Assembly: GCA_041576165.1 (NCBI GenBank)
Contig: JBFGLM010000017.1
Location: 24,807 to 88,806, forward strand
From: Acidimicrobiia bacterium
Lineage (GTDB): Bacteria; Actinomycetota; Acidimicrobiia; Spongiisociales; Spongiisociaceae
Direction of reading: 5' to 3'
Length of the DNA: 64,000 bases
Shown here: positions 10,263-20,835 of the stretch, in pieces
Position numbering within the stretch: position 1 is the first letter of the stretch
Layout: every line of letters starts with the position of its first letter
Notes under the pieces: model-generated
Databases searched by the model: none
Seen by the model: the letters and a program-made list of their open reading frames with translations, nothing else
What the model was told of the DNA's origin: nothing
Made by a program: the position numbers and the translations under genes

Positions 10263-10297
10263 CAAAGGGCCTCCCAGTTTCCCTGGGAGGCCCTTTG
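10263..10297 (-). terminator. Intercistronic stem-loop after oppA (terminator or mRNA stabiliser)
   Basis: CAAAGGGCCTCCCAG-n5-CTGGGAGGCCCTTTG, perfect 15-bp stem. Confidence 0.75.
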
Positions 10298-10329
10298 GGT
10301 CGTTCACGAGAGTCACGCTGCTCGGCTGA

Positions 10330-12168
10330 TCAGCCGGTGCGCGTCCACTCTTCGATGTTCCAGTACTCCGAGTCCCAGCCGTTGAGAATGCCGAAGCCAT
10401 TGATGTCATTCGAGATCGCCGACACGTTCGCACGGTGGATCAATGGGATGACAGCGCCCTTCTCGACCATGATGTCTTGAAGGCGTTGTGCCAGCTCGTT
10501 GTAAGCGGGATCGTCCGGAGCCGTCTGCGACAGCTGGGCCCACGTCTCGTCATACTCGGTGTCGGCCAGGCGCGGCATGTTGCTGCTGGCCGGCCAGCCG
10601 AGGGCGGCCGTCGGGATCTCTTGCGACGTCCAACCGAAGAGATAACCGGAGGCATCGGGGGCCGTGGCGCCGTTCGTGAACATCTCCATGTCGGAGAAGA
10701 ACTTCCAGATGGAGAAGTCACTGGCGCTCGTGCCGTCGAAGAACAGGCTCGCGTCCTGGTTGCTCATGTTGACGTTGACACCGATCTCGGCCCAGTTGGC
10801 CTTGATGATGTCCTGGTTCGACTGCCGCACCGCGTTGGTCGACGTCACATAGTCGAAGTCCAGCGGCAGGCCGGTGTCGGTCTCCCGCACACCGTCGCCG
10901 TCGGTGTCCAGGTAGCCGAGATCATCGAGGATCTGGTTGGCCTGGTCCACGTCACGGGTCTTGCACCAGTCGTTGTTCGACGACGCGGCTTCACCGACCG
11001 GCCACAACGTGCAGATCGGCGTACCGGTCGGCCCGTAGCCAACCGCGACGAGGGAGTCCCGGTCGATGGCCAGCGACAGCGCCCGGGCCAGCTCACCGTT
11101 CTGGTACAGAATCGGATGGTTGGTCGAACCGTCTTCCATCCATTCCGAGGGCGGATCGGCATCGGGGTCGGTCTGGTTCAGGTTGATGTGCTCGACGTTG
11201 GCGGTGAAGCCGGCCACGATCGTCCCGTTACCGGCAGCCTCCATCGGCTGGAGGATCTCCGGCGCAACCTGCAGGTTCCAGCCGTAGTCGGCCTCGCCGA
11301 TTTCCAGCACGGATCGGGCCGACGCCTCAGCATCACCGCCACCCTTGATGGTGACGTTGGTGAAGAAGGGTTTGCCTTCCGCCACGCCGCGATAGTTCGG
11401 GTTGAAGGTGTAGGTGACGGTGTCCTCTGGCTTGAGGTCGGTCACCATGTACGGACCCGTGCCGATCGGCGCAAAGTTCTGCTCGGTGCAGGCGCTGGCC
11501 TGCTCACCTACGCAATCCTGGAACTGCGCGCGCTGGATGATCGGCTCGGTGTAACCAACGAAGTCGTTGAACGGGAACGGCTGTGGATCGACGAAGTTCA
11601 CCTTGACCGTTACATCGTCGACGACCTCGACACTCTCCACCGTGGTGAAGTCGGCCGAGCAGCCCGTCAGCTCATCCGAGCAGTACTCGAAGGTGAACAG
11701 CACGTCGTCCGCAGTGAACGGCGTCCCGTCCGACCAGAGCACGCCTTCTTTCAGGGTCCACGTGATCGACGAGAAGTCGTCTGCGATCGAGCCGTCCGAC
11801 TGCGAAGGAATCGCCGCGGCCAAGGTTGGCTGAATCACACCATCGGGGTCGAACCGCGCCAGCGGCTCGAGTGCGAGCGAGCCAGCCAGCAAGTCCTTGG
11901 TGCCCGACGAGATCAGAGCGTTGGCCTGCGACGGTGCCTGCCACTGCAGCAGCAGCAGGTCGCCACCGGTGCCCGCCCCACCCGCAGGTGCGGCAGCTTC
12001 CGTCGTCTCGGTCGGAGCTTCGGTCTCGGTCGGTGCCTCAGTCGCGGCGGTGGTCTCTTCCGCCCCGGCTTCTGTCGCCTCGGTGGTCTCGGCTTCGTCG
12101 CCGCCACCACACGCGGCGGCGACAAGCGCAAACACCGCGATGATCACCAATAATTTCTTGAGTTGCAT
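10330..12168 (-). CDS. oppA: Peptide ABC transporter substrate-binding lipoprotein (SBP family 5)
   Basis: AAAC lipobox, WSDGTPFTADDV, PIGTGPY; start MQLKK at 12168 with GGAGG upstream. Confidence 0.93.
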   Translation of the reverse strand: MQLKKLLVIIAVFALVAAACGGGDEAETTEATEAGAEETTAATEAPTETEAPTETTEAAAPAGGAGTGGDLLLLQWQAPSQANALISSGTKDLLAGSLALEPLARFDPDGVIQPTLAAAIPSQSDGSIADDFSSITWTLKEGVLWSDGTPFTADDVLFTFEYCSDELTGCSADFTTVESVEVVDDVTVKVNFVDPQPFPFNDFVGYTEPIIQRAQFQDCVGEQASACTEQNFAPIGTGPYMVTDLKPEDTVTYTFNPNYRGVAEGKPFFTNVTIKGGGDAEASARSVLEIGEADYGWNLQVAPEILQPMEAAGNGTIVAGFTANVEHINLNQTDPDADPPSEWMEDGSTNHPILYQNGELARALSLAIDRDSLVAVGYGPTGTPICTLWPVGEAASSNNDWCKTRDVDQANQILDDLGYLDTDGDGVRETDTGLPLDFDYVTSTNAVRQSNQDIIKANWAEIGVNVNMSNQDASLFFDGTSASDFSIWKFFSDMEMFTNGATAPDASGYLFGWTSQEIPTAALGWPASSNMPRLADTEYDETWAQLSQTAPDDPAYNELAQRLQDIMVEKGAVIPLIHRANVSAISNDINGFGILNGWDSEYWNIEEWTRTG

Positions 12169-12267
12169 ATAGAGCTCATCCTCCATGCGCCCGGAGGGTC
12201 CGAGCGCGGCTATACCTTAGAGAACTATGACCCCAGGCCGCAGTTCATGTCACGAACAGTGACAGTT

Positions 12268-13299
12268 TCAGGCGGCATCCGGCTCGGCGAAGTGACATGC
12301 CACCCAGTGGCCGGGGTCGATCTCCCGCCACTCGGGATCGACATCGATGCAGAGCTCCTGCGCCATCGGGCAGCGAGTGTTGAACGGGCAACCCGGGGGC
12401 GGATTGGCCGGACTGGGAATGTCACCCTCCAGGATCACGTGCTCTCGGGTCGCCTCGACAACCGGGTCGGGCACCGGGACGGCTGATTCGAGCGCCTGGG
12501 TGTACGGGTGCTTTGGATTGTTGTAGAGGTCGTCCACCGAGGCCAGCTCGACGATGTGGCCCAGGTACATGACCGCCACCCGGTCGGCGATGTGCCGCAC
12601 CATGCTCAAGTCGTGGGAGATGAACAGATAGGTGAGACCGAGAACGTCCTGCAAGTTCTCCAAGAGGTTGACCACCTGGGCCTGAATCGATACGTCCAGC
12701 GCAGCGATGGGTTCGTCGCAGACGATGAAATCCGGGTTGAGGGCGATCGCCCGGGCCACCCCGATCCGCTGCCGTTGGCCGCCCGAGAACTCATGGGGAT
12801 AGCGATTGGCATGGGTCGGGTCGAGTCCCACCAGGCTGAGCAGCTCTGCGATACGCTCCCGACGTTCCTGGCCCTTGTACGCCTTGTGTTCGGTGAGCGG
12901 CTCACCGATGATCGAGGCAACCGTCATCCTCGGGTTCAACGAGGCATGCGGGTCCTGGAAGACCATCTGCATCCGCGGCCGCAGCTTGCGCAGCCGCTCA
13001 CCCTTCAACGCGGTTAGTTCCTCGCCCTCGAACGTCACAGTGCCCTCAGTGGCGTGGTCGAGCTGCAGTATCACCCGGCCGGTCGTGGACTTGCCAGAAC
13101 CGCTCTCACCCACCAGTCCCAGCGTCTCCCCCCGGTAGATATCGAACGTGACCCCGTCGACGGCCTTGACCGCGCCGACCTGGCGCCGGAACAGACCCTT
13201 CATGATCGGGAAGTGCTTTCGGAGATCTGTGACGCTGATCAGCACCTCGCGTTCGGGCAGTGGGGCGACGCCCGGTTCGGTCCTGGCGTCAGCCACCAT
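12268..13299 (-). CDS. oppF: Peptide ABC transporter ATP-binding protein (OppF)
   Basis: [25 protein letters not shown] and Cys-rich tail; start MVADART at 13299 overlapping oppD. Confidence 0.94.
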   Translation of the reverse strand: MVADARTEPGVAPLPEREVLISVTDLRKHFPIMKGLFRRQVGAVKAVDGVTFDIYRGETLGLVGESGSGKSTTGRVILQLDHATEGTVTFEGEELTALKGERLRKLRPRMQMVFQDPHASLNPRMTVASIIGEPLTEHKAYKGQERRERIAELLSLVGLDPTHANRYPHEFSGGQRQRIGVARAIALNPDFIVCDEPIAALDVSIQAQVVNLLENLQDVLGLTYLFISHDLSMVRHIADRVAVMYLGHIVELASVDDLYNNPKHPYTQALESAVPVPDPVVEATREHVILEGDIPSPANPPPGCPFNTRCPMAQELCIDVDPEWREIDPGHWVACHFAEPDAA

Positions 13300-14290
13300 T
13301 TCGGGGCCTCCCTGTGCGGGTATCCCACCAACACGCGGCTCTGTGCTCCTGGCCAACCAGCTGGAGTTTCGGCACTTCGGCCCAGCAGCGGTCGAATGCA
13401 TAAGGACAGCGAGGAGCAAACGAGCAGCCGCTGGGGGGCGCGTACATGCTGGGCGGCTGGCCCTTGATGTTGACGAGTTCCTGGCCTTTCTGGTCCAGTC
13501 GGGGCAGCGATTGGAGCAGGCCCTGGGTGTATGGGTGCTCGGGATTCCCGTATAGGTCTCTGACCCGAGCCTCTTCGACGATCTGGCCGCCATACATCAC
13601 GATGACGCGGTCGGCGAGACCCGCCACCACTCCCAGATCGTGGGTGATCCAGATCACCGCCGTGCCTAATTGCTCGCGCAGATCCTTCACAATCTCGATG
13701 ATCTGCGCCTGGATGGTCACGTCGAGGGCGGTGGTCGGCTCGTCGGCAATGATGACCTGAGGTGAGCAAGCCAGCGCCACAGCAATCATGACCCGCTGGC
13801 GCATGCCGCCCGAGAGCTCATGTGGATACGCTTTCAGGCGCTGCTTGGCATCGGGAATGCCGACGACGTTCAGCAACTCCTCTGCCCGGGCTTTCGCTCC
13901 GGCCGACGGCACCCTGCCATGAATCCGCAACGACTCGGTGATCTGGTAGCCGACAGTGAGAACCGGATTCAGCGACGTCATCGGATCCTGGAAGATGAAG
14001 CCGATCTGGCCGCCCCGCACCCTGCGAAGGTCGTCCATGTCGAGTGCAAGGAGATCCTGGCCGCCAAAATGGGCTTCACCGCTCACGATCTCGCCGGGGG
14101 GCATGGGGATGAGGCGAAGCAACGACATCATAGTGACGCTCTTGCCCGAACCGCTCTCCCCCACGACGCCCAGGAATTCACCACGGTTGAGTGTGAAGCT
14201 CACGCCGTTGACGGCGTGCACGACCCCATCCTGGGTGTCGAACTGTGTCGTGAGACCCGATACTTCGAGGACGGGTTGTTTCTCGCTCAC
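13289..14290 (-). CDS. oppD: Peptide ABC transporter ATP-binding protein (OppD)
   Basis: [35 protein letters not shown]. Confidence 0.95.
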   Translation of the reverse strand: MSEKQPVLEVSGLTTQFDTQDGVVHAVNGVSFTLNRGEFLGVVGESGSGKSVTMMSLLRLIPMPPGEIVSGEAHFGGQDLLALDMDDLRRVRGGQIGFIFQDPMTSLNPVLTVGYQITESLRIHGRVPSAGAKARAEELLNVVGIPDAKQRLKAYPHELSGGMRQRVMIAVALACSPQVIIADEPTTALDVTIQAQIIEIVKDLREQLGTAVIWITHDLGVVAGLADRVIVMYGGQIVEEARVRDLYGNPEHPYTQGLLQSLPRLDQKGQELVNIKGQPPSMYAPPSGCSFAPRCPYAFDRCWAEVPKLQLVGQEHRAACWWDTRTGRPRNGG

Positions 14291-14386
14291 AGGTCTTCCG
14301 GTCGTTGCGGTTGACGATGCTGATCAGGACAATAACGCGTCGTCGGGGCTGAAGGTATCGCAGCAGGGGCGTTCCCACCCGGGCGC

Positions 14387-15526
14387 TCAGAGCTCATCCC
14401 ACACCTGTTTCTGCGCCATGTCGATGATCGTGTAGGCCATGGCGAGCGCTCCGTCGCGGATCGCCTGCTCCCCGGATGGTGTGACGGTGGCGTCGGCGAA
14501 CTCCTTCTGATGGTTCACGGCCCCGGCCGAGTCGATGCCGAGCATCGGATGAATGGACGGAACGACCTGGCTCACGTTGCCCATGTCTGATGACCCGCCC
14601 GCCGCGCCGGTTTCCCGCTCAGTCGGGATTTGCCGGCCCAGCTCGGCGGCATTGTCGGCAAAGAGCTGGGTCATCACAGGGTTGTTGACCATGTTGAGGT
14701 AGGGATGATCGATAGGCTCGACTTCGAGCCGACAGCCCGACGCAGTGGCAGCCCCCTCCCAGCACGCTTTCACCTTGGGCACCAGCTGCTCGAGCCGTGC
14801 CGGGTCGCCCGACCGGATCCCCCAGGTGGACCTGGTGTAGGAGGGGATGACATTTGAGGCGTCTCCGCCATGATCGACAATGCAGTGGACCCGATCGGTG
14901 GGGAGGAGGGATTGACGGAGGGCGGCCACGTTCACGTAGGCCTGCACGAACGCGTCGAGGGCATTGATACCAGCATGAGGGGCAAAGGCGGCGTGTGACT
15001 CCTTGCCGTGATACTCGACCGAGAAGCTCTCCCTGGCCTGGAACGACGGATCTAGCTGATCGCCGGGCCCGGGATGGATCATCATCGCGGCCGCAGCATC
15101 CTCGAACGCTCCTGCATTGAGCAGCTCGACCTTGCCGCCACCGCCTTCCTCGGCCGGGGTCCCCAGCACGGTGACCCGAATCCCCATCTCGGGCGCCAGA
15201 CCGGCGACGGACACCCCGGCCCCCAATGCCGCTGTGGCGATGATGTTGTGGCCGCAGGCGTGCCCGACGGCGGGGAGGGCGTCGTATTCGCAGCAGATGA
15301 CGACGCGAGGGCCGGCGGTGCCGGCGGTCGCCGTAAACGCGGTCTCAAGTCCATACGCAGGATATGTAACAGCGAACCCGTTGGTGTCGAGAAACGTGCT
15401 GAGTCGCTGCGACGCCTCGAACTCCTGGTAGCCGATTTCGGGGTTCTCATACATCCACCGCGAGATGGACCTCAGTTCGTCCTCCACCGAGCCGAACGCT
15501 GCCAGGGCCGCTGCTTTGTGGGTCAT
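14387..15526 (-). CDS. M20-family amidohydrolase/peptidase
   Basis: EYDALPAVGHACGHN, GTPAEEGGGGK, SSDMGNVS. Confidence 0.92.
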   Translation of the reverse strand: MTHKAAALAAFGSVEDELRSISRWMYENPEIGYQEFEASQRLSTFLDTNGFAVTYPAYGLETAFTATAGTAGPRVVICCEYDALPAVGHACGHNIIATAALGAGVSVAGLAPEMGIRVTVLGTPAEEGGGGKVELLNAGAFEDAAAAMMIHPGPGDQLDPSFQARESFSVEYHGKESHAAFAPHAGINALDAFVQAYVNVAALRQSLLPTDRVHCIVDHGGDASNVIPSYTRSTWGIRSGDPARLEQLVPKVKACWEGAATASGCRLEVEPIDHPYLNMVNNPVMTQLFADNAAELGRQIPTERETGAAGGSSDMGNVSQVVPSIHPMLGIDSAGAVNHQKEFADATVTPSGEQAIRDGALAMAYTIIDMAQKQVWDEL

Positions 15527-15613
15527 GCCGGCACGGTACTGGCTGGCTGCGCCGTCCGCCGACCGGGCCGGTGGCGGCCGGCCGATCCGGGTGCACGGGC
15601 CCGACTGGCACGG

Positions 15614-15631
15614 GTCATCCCGGAGGATGAC
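15614..15631. promoter_or_regulatory. Inverted repeat, candidate response-regulator site
   Basis: GTCATCC-CGGA-GGATGAC upstream of the ABC exporter. Confidence 0.5.
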
Positions 15632-15706
15632 GTGGAATCCTCACCGAGCGGGACGACGGCGGTTGGGGCGTTCGATACGTTTCGGCTCACTTGAACCCTC
15701 GTCCCC

Positions 15707-16486
15707 ATGAGAAAGAAGGTAGACATGACCCAGATGCTGCAAGAAGGAGCCCGAGAGATGACCGCTGTCGCCGCGCGCGCCGAGAACGCCACGAAGATCT
15801 ACGGCTACGACGAGACGCGGGTAACCGCCCTCCATGACGTGACGGTTGACTTCCTGCGCGGCGAATACTCGGCCATCATGGGTCCATCCGGCTCCGGTAA
15901 GTCAACGCTCCTGCATGTGATGGCAGGCCTCGATCAGCTGACGGAAGGCCGCGTCTTCATTGGCGATCGCGAGCTGGGCACGCTGGATGACAAGGAACTC
16001 ACGCGACTCCGGCGCGACAGCGTCGGATTCGTCTTCCAGGCTTTCAACCTCGTGCCCACTCTGACGGCAGCCGAGAACATCACGTTGCCGATCGACATTG
16101 CGGGGCGCAAGCCCGATCAGGCGTGGCTCGACCTCGTGATCGACACCGTCGGACTCCGTGACCGGCTGACCCACCGACCGATGGAGCTTTCCGGCGGCCA
16201 GCAGCAGCGGGTGGCCGCCGCCCGGGCCCTGGCCAGCCGGCCGGAGCTTATCTTCGCCGACGAACCGAGCGGCAATCTCGACTCGAAGTCGGGAGCCGAG
16301 CTGCTGGCGTTCCTGCGCCAAGCCGTGCGCGAGTTCGGCCAGACCATCGTGATGGTCACTCACGACCCGATTGCGGCCAGCTATGCCGACCGGATCATCT
16401 TCCTCGAAGACGGACGGGTCGTCGACGAGATGCGGGAGCCCACTCCGGAGAAGGTTCTCGACATGGTCAAGACGTTGGAGGCCTGA
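15707..16486 (+). CDS. ABC transporter ATP-binding protein (LolD/MacB-type)
   Basis: GPSGSGKST, GFVFQAFNL, LSGGQQQR, ADEPSGNLD; true start may be a downstream ATG. Confidence 0.93.
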   Translation: MRKKVDMTQMLQEGAREMTAVAARAENATKIYGYDETRVTALHDVTVDFLRGEYSAIMGPSGSGKSTLLHVMAGLDQLTEGRVFIGDRELGTLDDKELTRLRRDSVGFVFQAFNLVPTLTAAENITLPIDIAGRKPDQAWLDLVIDTVGLRDRLTHRPMELSGGQQQRVAAARALASRPELIFADEPSGNLDSKSGAELLAFLRQAVREFGQTIVMVTHDPIAASYADRIIFLEDGRVVDEMREPTPEKVLDMVKTLEA

Positions 16487-16488
16487 GC

Positions 16489-19038
16489 ATGCTCAAGGCA
16501 ACCCTGAAGGGCCTGCTGGCTCACAAGATCAGGCTGGCGCTCACCGCGCTGTCGATCATCCTCGGCGTGGGATTCATCTCCGGCACGTTCATATACACAG
16601 ACACAATCGGCCGCGCCTTCGACGGGATCTTCGAAGACGCATTCGAAGGCGTCGACATCGTCGTGTCGGGACAGTCAGACTTGCAGTTCGGCGAAGGCGT
16701 CTTCCTTCCCCAGGACGATGTCGAGGCCCTGGCATCGGTCGAAGGGGTCGAATCGATCGAGCCCTACGTCCAAGGTTTCGGTGTGGTAGTGCTCGACAAG
16801 GAAGGCGAGCCGATCGGAGGTCAGGGACCGCCCCAATTCGGCGCCAACTTCGACAGCGAGGCCGAGAGTGGCGGCTTCGTTCTCCGGGAAGGTTCGCTAC
16901 CGTCCGGGCCGACTGAGGTCGTGGTGGACGCCCAATCCGTGGAGACCGCCGGTTTTGCGTTGGGCGATACGGTGCAGATCGTCAGCCCGACGACGGCCGC
17001 TACCGATTACACCCTGGTGGGTGTTGCCGGATTCGGTGAACTCGACAACCTGGGCGGAGCCACCTTCGCGCTCTTCGATCTCCCGACCATTCAGCAGTTG
17101 CTCGATCGGGAGGGACAGCTCACCGGGGCGAGCATTCAGGTCACTCCCGGCGCCGATGTGGACGGTGTGATCTCGCGCATCCAGCCGATGCTGCCTGAGA
17201 ACGGAGTGGCCCAGTCGGGCCAGAGCGCAGCGGAGGAGCAGGCCGGCGAGATCCAGGAGGGTTTGGCGTTCTTCAACACGTTCCTGCTGACCTTTGGCTT
17301 CATTGCGCTGTTCGTTGGCTCGTTCATCATCACCAACACGTTCCGCATCATCGTCGCCCAGCGGACGAGGGAGCTCGCCCTGTTGCGCGCGTTGGGAGCG
17401 ACCGCCGCACAGGTGAATCGGATGGTCCTCATCGAAGCGGCGGTTATGGGTTTGGTGGCATCGGTCGTGGGCATCGCCGCCGGCTTCGGTATTGCCGTCG
17501 CCTTGCGCAGCGCGCTGGAAGCTTTCGGAGTCGAGCTGCCGACGGCCACATTCACGCTGGCTCCTCGCACCGTGATCGTGGCGCTGCTGGTTGGTGTGAT
17601 CATCACCTTGGTGGCCGCGATCCTGCCCGCCCGCCGGGCGTCGCGAGTCCCCCCGATGGCTGCCCTGCGCGAGGACCTCGCCACCCCGCCGCGTAAGGCC
17701 CTGACCACCAGGGCCGTGGTTGGTGCGATCGTCTCGGCTGTGGGGCTCGCGGTTCTCGCGGTGGGGTTGTTCGTCGACTTCAGCGGTGGTCCGCCCGAGA
17801 TTGTCTATGTCGGGCTCGGCGCGGCGATCATCTTCATCGGGATCTCGGTCCTGAGCCCGCTCATCGCCCGGCCGGTGGCCCGTGTCATTGGTTGGCCATT
17901 CGCCCGGCTGTTCAAGGTACCCGGCAAACTGGCACAGGAAAACGCCGGGCGGGCGCCGCGCCGCACATCGGCCACCGCGGCTGCACTGATGATCGGCATC
18001 ACGCTCGTCACGCTGGCGGCGGTGATGGCGGCTTCGATCCGCGGCACGGTCGACGAGATTCTCGACACCGGCGTCGAGGCCGACCTGCTCGCGATCCCGA
18101 CCAACACCTTCGATCCCACGTCGTCTTTCACGCCGGCGATTGCCGACCAGGCCGCCGCCAGTGCCGAGTTTGCCAATGTCACTCGCCTCAAAGTGGGAGC
18201 GGCCCGGGTCAACGAAAGTGAGACCTTTGTCAGCGGCGTCGAAGACACCTTTGAGGCGTTCTTTCCGCTCGATGATGGCTCCACCGGCGTTCTGACCCTG
18301 CAGCCCGGCCAGGCCTGGGTCGAATCAGGTGCGGCCGAGAGCAACGGCTGGTCGCTGGGCGACCAAATCTCGATCACGTTCGAGGACACCGGCGAACAGA
18401 GCTTCCAGCTGGTAGGACTCCCGGTCGGGGACGCCTACGCCGGCATCATCGCCATCTCGATCGACGACTTCGTCACCAATTACGGCAGTAGCTCCGACTC
18501 GCAGGTCTACGTCCAGCTCGCGCCGGGTGTGACCATCGAAGAAGGCAAAGCCGCTCTCGAGGAGATCGCCGCCGGTGTGCCCACCGTCAACGTCCAGACC
18601 TTCGACGAGCTCCAGACCGACGCGGAGGACCAGATCAATCAGCTGTTGAATCTGATCACCGGGTTGCTGGCACTGGCTGTGATCATCGCTCTGATCGGAG
18701 TCACCAACACCATGACGCTGTCGGTCTACGAACGAACCCGCGAGATCGGGCTGCTGCGTGCCGTCGGGCTGAGCCGGCTCCAGACCCGGCGGATGATCCG
18801 GTCCGAGGCGTCGATCATTGCAGTGTTCGGAGCCGTCCTCGGTGTCGCCATCGGGATCTTCTTCGGATGGGCGATTCTGCAAGCCCTGCGCGACGAAGGA
18901 TTCACCGCATTCGTCATACCGTTCGGAACGGTGGTCGTATGGATCGTCGTGACCGCGATCCTGGGCATCATCTTCGCGCTCTTACCGGCCTGGCGAGCTT
19001 CCAAGCTGAACGTCCTCGAGGCTATTGCCTACGAGTGA
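16489..19038 (+). CDS. ABC transporter permease with two FtsX-like domains
   Basis: Two RTRE(L/I)(A/G)LLRA.G motifs, multiple TM helices, large extracytoplasmic loops. Confidence 0.93.
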   Translation: MLKATLKGLLAHKIRLALTALSIILGVGFISGTFIYTDTIGRAFDGIFEDAFEGVDIVVSGQSDLQFGEGVFLPQDDVEALASVEGVESIEPYVQGFGVVVLDKEGEPIGGQGPPQFGANFDSEAESGGFVLREGSLPSGPTEVVVDAQSVETAGFALGDTVQIVSPTTAATDYTLVGVAGFGELDNLGGATFALFDLPTIQQLLDREGQLTGASIQVTPGADVDGVISRIQPMLPENGVAQSGQSAAEEQAGEIQEGLAFFNTFLLTFGFIALFVGSFIITNTFRIIVAQRTRELALLRALGATAAQVNRMVLIEAAVMGLVASVVGIAAGFGIAVALRSALEAFGVELPTATFTLAPRTVIVALLVGVIITLVAAILPARRASRVPPMAALREDLATPPRKALTTRAVVGAIVSAVGLAVLAVGLFVDFSGGPPEIVYVGLGAAIIFIGISVLSPLIARPVARVIGWPFARLFKVPGKLAQENAGRAPRRTSATAAALMIGITLVTLAAVMAASIRGTVDEILDTGVEADLLAIPTNTFDPTSSFTPAIADQAAASAEFANVTRLKVGAARVNESETFVSGVEDTFEAFFPLDDGSTGVLTLQPGQAWVESGAAESNGWSLGDQISITFEDTGEQSFQLVGLPVGDAYAGIIAISIDDFVTNYGSSSDSQVYVQLAPGVTIEEGKAALEEIAAGVPTVNVQTFDELQTDAEDQINQLLNLITGLLALAVIIALIGVTNTMTLSVYERTREIGLLRAVGLSRLQTRRMIRSEASIIAVFGAVLGVAIGIFFGWAILQALRDEGFTAFVIPFGTVVVWIVVTAILGIIFALLPAWRASKLNVLEAIAYE

Positions 19039-19080
19039 GGCGGGCTGGGGTGAGGCTCCGATCTGGGGCCTCACCCTCCT

Positions 19081-19566
19081 TCATGGCGGAGAAGAGGAAG
19101 TCCCAGCCGGGGCGGGGCGGGCGAGATGGCCTCGCTCCCCGGCGAGCTTCCCCAGCGCATCGGCAATCACCTCGAGTTCCTCCTTGCTCAGCGCAGCAGC
19201 GAAGATTCGCTTCACACCATCCAGATGTGATGGGGCGGCCTCCCGGAGGCGCTGGAAGCCCAGATCCGTCAAGACCACGAAGGTACCGCGCCGATCGGAC
19301 GAACAGGTCTCCCGGTGTATGAGCCCGGCCGCCTGGAGCCGGTCGACAAACCGGGTAGTAGCGCTTCGCGACAGCATCAGGCGAGCAGCCAGCTGGTGCA
19401 TGCGAAGGCTGCCCCCTGCCTCTTGGAGCTGTACGAGCACGTCGTACCAGGTCAGAGCCAGGTCGTGGTCGTCCTTCATTTCGGTCGTGAGCTGCGAGAT
19501 CACGGCGGCATGTGCGCCCAGGAAGGCGCGCCATGCACGCATCTCGTGATCGGTCAAGCGTTCCAC
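19081..19566 (-). CDS. MarR-family transcriptional regulator
   Basis: AWRAFL, YDVLVQL, SRSATTRFVDRL, DRRG...LT; probable leaderless GTG at 19566 behind TACGAT. Confidence 0.9.
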   Translation of the reverse strand: MERLTDHEMRAWRAFLGAHAAVISQLTTEMKDDHDLALTWYDVLVQLQEAGGSLRMHQLAARLMLSRSATTRFVDRLQAAGLIHRETCSSDRRGTFVVLTDLGFQRLREAAPSHLDGVKRIFAAALSKEELEVIADALGKLAGERGHLARPAPAGTSSSPP

Positions 19567-19692
19567 GGCTCCAATCGTACGGCCCGCCGGAGCCAAAGGG
19601 CTCGCAACCCGCATCAATTGCTGGGAGCGACATATGGCCCTTTCCGGCGGAGCGAGCGGAGGCGTATCCTTTGATTTGGAAAAGGGGCACCG

Positions 19693-20802
19693 GTGAGGCG
19701 CAACGCAACGCTTCGCATCTCAAGGATCGCGGCGGCGGCCGTGGTGATCGTCATCGCTTCCACAATCGGCGCGTTTGCTCTCGCAGCCGGCACCGCCTCC
19801 CTCTCGGCCGGGGCTGCGTTGCAGCAGTCCGGCTGCTGGAACTCGGTTTGGGGCACGGACAACGACGGCCACTTCTTCTCGATTCTCGCCGCCGACGGGT
19901 GTCCCGAGTTTCGCGGTCGGGTCTTTGCCGGGGCGGTGCAGCAGGGACCGACGGTTCGCTCCGTTGGAGGAAAAGCCAAAATGACCGGCGTTGACGCCTG
20001 CCAATTCGACACGGTTGAGGTGAAAGCCGTCGGGAGAGCCAACGAGGTGGTGTTCTACCGGTTCAAGTGGACGGCTGACCAATTGGGTTGCGAGTCCGAT
20101 CCCAGCGGGCCGAGCACACGACCGCCGAGTGCTGCCCCCCGGTTCGTGGCCAACCCTTCTCGCTATTCGCCATTCCCAGGAGCGCTCCTCACCGCCGCCA
20201 AAGCCGGCAACGAATGCCGGCTGACGGTCAGCGGCGCCGGCAACCGAGACCTCGACGTGAGCCTCAACGGAATCAGAAAGCTCAGCAACGGGACGGTCAC
20301 CGCCCGTCCGTTCTTCTCGTTGTGGGTGGCACCCGAAGGCGGGGACCGGTGGACTGCCCGTGCGTTCCATGCCGCCAGTCTGACGGCCGACTGCACAGTC
20401 GAGGTCTTCCGCACGACAGACGACCCCGCGCCCACCCAGACGCCGGCCGTTCGGTCGCCGTCGTTGGCTCCCACCCTCCGGCCGGCAACGACGACCACAA
20501 CGACCGCCGCCCGGTCCACCACTGCCGCGGCCGCCGGCGCCACGATCAGCGTGCAGATCGAGAGCCGCACGGTGCAGATACAACCGTGCGGCCGGGACAC
20601 CCAGGGGCGTCAGCTGGTTTGCATTCGGGACTCACGAGGTGAATGGATCAACGTCGACTCGATCGAAGGTTTCGGGGAGTTCGAACGCATGGACGGCAAC
20701 ACCGTCGTGTATGCCCTGAACGGCAACGAGCTGCGGGCGAGGATCCACACGATCGAAACCACCGAGCCGGTGCTTGTGAACGTGTTCGTCGGACCGGGAT
20801 AA
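19693..20802 (+). CDS. Hypothetical secreted multi-domain protein
   Basis: Basic plus hydrophobic N-terminus, paired Cys in three segments, Pro/Thr linkers; fills the gap between flanking genes. Confidence 0.7.
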   Translation: MRRNATLRISRIAAAAVVIVIASTIGAFALAAGTASLSAGAALQQSGCWNSVWGTDNDGHFFSILAADGCPEFRGRVFAGAVQQGPTVRSVGGKAKMTGVDACQFDTVEVKAVGRANEVVFYRFKWTADQLGCESDPSGPSTRPPSAAPRFVANPSRYSPFPGALLTAAKAGNECRLTVSGAGNRDLDVSLNGIRKLSNGTVTARPFFSLWVAPEGGDRWTARAFHAASLTADCTVEVFRTTDDPAPTQTPAVRSPSLAPTLRPATTTTTTAARSTTAAAAGATISVQIESRTVQIQPCGRDTQGRQLVCIRDSRGEWINVDSIEGFGEFERMDGNTVVYALNGNELRARIHTIETTEPVLVNVFVGPG

Positions 20803-20835
20803 CGGCGACCGCCGGCAGGAGCCGGGGCCCAGCGG

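Noticed and set aside
10435-12153. 572-aa plus-strand ORF
   Set aside because: Antisense to oppA; typical high-GC shadow ORF.
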